Shown: positions 61,001 through 64,000 of the stretch, piece after piece
How the letters are laid out: the number at the start of each line of letters is the position of its first letter
Numbering within the stretch: the stretch's first letter is position 1
Assembly: GCA_051313645.2 (NCBI GenBank)
Contig: JBNRSN020000001.1
Location: forward strand, 603,198,001 to 603,262,000
From: Centroscyllium fabricii
Lineage: Eukaryota
Length of the DNA: 64,000 bases
Direction: 5' to 3'
Notes under the pieces: model-generated
The model's input: the letters and a program-made list of their open reading frames with translations, nothing else
Told to the model about the DNA's origin: nothing
Databases searched by the model: none
Program-made: the position numbers and the translations under genes

Positions 61001-63751
61001 AATCTGAGATTAGTGACACTATGCCAAGTGATGGAGAATGTGAGATTGGGGAGGCTATACCCAGGGACGGTGAATCGGAGATTGGGGTGATTGTAACAAG
61101 GGACGGTGAATCTGGATGTGGTGACTATACCAAGGGACGGTGAATTTTAGATTGGGGACACTATACCAAGGGACGGTGAATATGAGATTGGGGACACTAT
61201 AGCGAGGGATGGTGAATCGGAGATTGGGAAAACTATACCAAGGGGCGGTGATTCTGAGATTGGGGAGACTATATTCAGGGATGGTAAATCGGAGATTGGG
61301 GAGACTAAACTCAGATGGTGAATCTGAAATTGAGGAGACTATACCAAGGGACAGTGAATCTGAGATTGGGGAGAAGATACCAAGGGATGGTGAATATGAG
61401 ATTGGGGACACTATAGCAAGGGCCAGTGAAACCAAGATTGGGAATAATATACCAAGGGACGGTGAATCTGAAATTAGGGATACTATACCAAGGGATGATG
61501 AATCTGAGATTGGGGAGGCTATACCCAGGGACGATGAATCGGAGATTAGGGAGACTATGCCAAGGGATGGTGAATCTGGATTGTGGAGACTATACCAAGG
61601 GACGGTGAATCTGAGATTGGGGACACTATACCAAGGGCCGATGAATCTGAGATTGGGAATACTACACCAAGGGATTGTGAATCGGAGATTGGGGATACTA
61701 TACCAAGGGACAGTGAATCCGAGATTCAGGAGATTATACCAAGGGATGGTGAATCTGAGATTGGGCAGACTATACCAAGGAATCCTTAAACAGAGGGCCG
61801 ATGAATCTGAGATTGGGAATACTACACCAAGGGATTGTGAATCGGAGATTGGGGATACTATACCAAAGGACTGTGCGTCTAAGATTAGGGAGACTATACC
61901 CAGTGACGGTGAATCGGAGATTAGGAATACAATACCAAGGGATAGTGAATCGGAGATTGGGGAGACGAAACCGAGGGTTGGTGAATCCAAAATTCAGGAG
62001 ACTATACCAATGGACGGTGAATCTGAGATTGGGGAGACTATACCAGGGAATGGTGAATCGGAGATTGGGGAGGCTGAACCAAGGGAAAGTGAGTCCGAAA
62101 TTCAGGAGACTATACCAAGGGACGGTGAATCTGAGATTAGGGACACTATGGTAAGGGATGGTGATCTGAGATTGGGGAGGCTATATCCAGGAACGGTGAA
62201 TCGGAGATTGGAGAGACTATACCAAGAGACGGTGAATCGGGATTGTGGAGGCTATACCAAGGGAGAGTGAACCTGAGATTGGGGAGACTATACTCAGGGA
62301 TGGTGAATATGAGATTGGGGAGACGATGCCAAGGCATGGTGAATATGAGATTGGGGCGATTACAGCAAGGGAAGGTGAATCGGGGATTGCGTAGACTATA
62401 TCAAGGGATGGTGAATTGGGGATTGAGAATACTACACCAAGGGATGGTGAATCTGTGATTGCGAATACGTATCAAGGGCCGATGAATCGGAGATTGGGAA
62501 TACTACACCAAGGAATGGTGAATCTGAGATTGGGGCTACTATATCAAGGGCCGATGAATCTGAGATTGGGATTACTACACCAAGGGATGATGAATCTGAG
62601 ATTGGGAAGACTATACCAAGGGATGGTGAATCTGAGATTAGGGACATTATGCCAAGCGATGGAGAATCTGAGATTGTGGAGGCTATACCCAAGGACGGTG
62701 AATCTTAATTGTGGGGACTATACCAAGGGACGGTGAATCCGAGATTCAGGAGACGATACCAACGGACGGTGAATCTGAGATTGTGGAGACTATACCAAGG
62801 GACAGTGAATCCGAGATTCAGGAGACGATACCAACGGACGGTGAATCTGAGATTGGGGAGACTATACTAAGGGACAGTGAATCTGAGATTGGGGAGACTA
62901 TACTCAGGGATGGTGAATCGGAGATTGCGGAGACTATACCAAGGGACAGTGAATCAGAAATTCAAGAGACGATGCCAACGGACAGTGAATCTGAGATTAG
63001 GGAGACTATACCAAGGGACGGCGAATCTGAGATTGGGGAGATGATACCAACGGACGGTGAATCGGAGACTGGGGACACTATACCAAGGGATGGTGAATCT
63101 GAGATTCAGGAGACTATACCAAGGGATGGTGTATCTGAGTTTGGGGAGACTATACCAAGGCTCAGTAAAACCGAGATTGGGAACAATATACCAAGGGACG
63201 GTGAATGTGCGATTGGGGAGACTACACCCAGGGACGGTAAATGGAGATTAGGGATACTATACAAAGGGACAGTGAATCCAAGATTGGGAAGTCTATACCA
63301 AGGGATGGTGAATCTGAGATTAGGGACACTGGGCCAAGGGATGGAGAATCTGAGATTCAGGAGACTGTACCAATGGACGGCGAATCTGAGTTTTGGGAGA
63401 CTATACCAAGGGCTAGTAAAACTGAGATTGGGAACAATATACCAAGGGACGGTGAATGTGGGATTGGGGAGACTACACCCAGGGACGGTAAATGGAGATT
63501 AGGGATACTATACAAAGGGACAGTGAATCCAAGATTGGGAAGACTATACCAAGGGATGGTGAATCGGTGAATGTGGAGACTATACCAAAGGACAGTGTAT
63601 CTGAAATTGGGAATACTATACCAAGTTAAAGTGAATCTGAGATTGGGGAAACTATACGAAGGGATGGTGAATCGGAGATTGAGGCTATACCAAGGGACGT
63701 TGAATCTGAGATTGGGAACACTGTACCAAGGGATGATAAATCTGAGTTCGG

Positions 63752-64000
63752 TGATAGCGTAGGAGTCGGCAGGCTACCTACTCACGTTTTAAGAGTAAAA
63801 AGACGCGGGGTGTGAGAGCACAGGTACAACACATCTTTATTACATCTGCTCAGGTACAAAACTGTTCGAAAAGCCCGCGAATCCACAAGGTATTCTGGGG
63901 CACATGAATACACATGAGTGGCAATCCCTTAGGCCACTGAGGGACCGAGGCTGGCAAACCGGTTGTCCAATCGGACAGTGGGGGAGGAACCGACCATATA
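63752..64000 (-). mobile_element. Probable LTR end bordering the satellite (runs off the window)
   Basis: Abrupt switch from satellite to TGATAGCG...; the minus strand has AATAAA at ~63841-63836 about 85 bp before a terminal TCA. The other end is not visible. Confidence 0.4.

Larger units (their letters stand above)
33081..63751. repeat. 36-bp satellite array, ~30.7 kb; consensus GAATCTGAGATTGGGGAGACTATACCAAGGGACGGT
   Basis: Continuous head-to-tail units in one orientation; the 12-aa periodicity (ESEIGETIPRDG / VNLRLGRLYQGT) in the ORF track confirms the 36-bp period. Confidence 0.97.

Noticed and set aside
33081-63751. Many ORFs (up to 406 aa) encoding ESEIGETIPRDG / VNLRLGRLYQGT / DSPSLGIVSPIS repeats, suggesting a repeat protein
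   Set aside because: The unit length is a multiple of three and lacks stops in several frames, so ORFs arise on both strands. Frequent indels switch frames, stops are common, and SINEs interrupt the array.
33081-63751. 36-bp repeat as a CRISPR array
   Set aside because: Units are head-to-tail with no unique spacers, no cas genes are present, and the context is a vertebrate intron.

Overview
Eukaryotic (vertebrate) genomic DNA, most likely from a cartilaginous fish given its HE1-type V-SINEs, SacSINE1-like DeuSINEs and CR1 LINEs. The only host gene is SHPRH (SNF2 helicase / E3 ubiquitin ligase) on the minus strand. Four consecutive internal coding exons (29707-29451, 20505-20384, 1615-1527, 1391-1299) have canonical GT-AG borders and matching phases. 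The rest of the window is intron. It holds nested CR1, Rex1/Babar and L2 LINEs, SINEs, LTR pieces, a Harbinger-type MITE, Penelope-like remnants, an 18-20 bp minisatellite and a ~30.7 kb array of a 36-bp satellite with near-identical 5672-bp and 2888-bp block duplications. Nearly all ORFs in the supplied track are retroelement fragments or repeat artefacts. The most notable observations are: (1) two copies of a short non-autonomous retroelement with shared head and tail but different GC-rich VNTR cores; (2) a local inversion between two inverted SINEs, shown by swapped target-site duplications; (3) a giant intronic satellite with higher-order structure; (4) an intronic array that reads as ~200 ACUAAC branch-point/QKI-type motifs in the SHPRH pre-mRNA. 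Family names rest on my recognition of motifs, not on database searches. Repeat boundaries are approximate unless a TSD is given.
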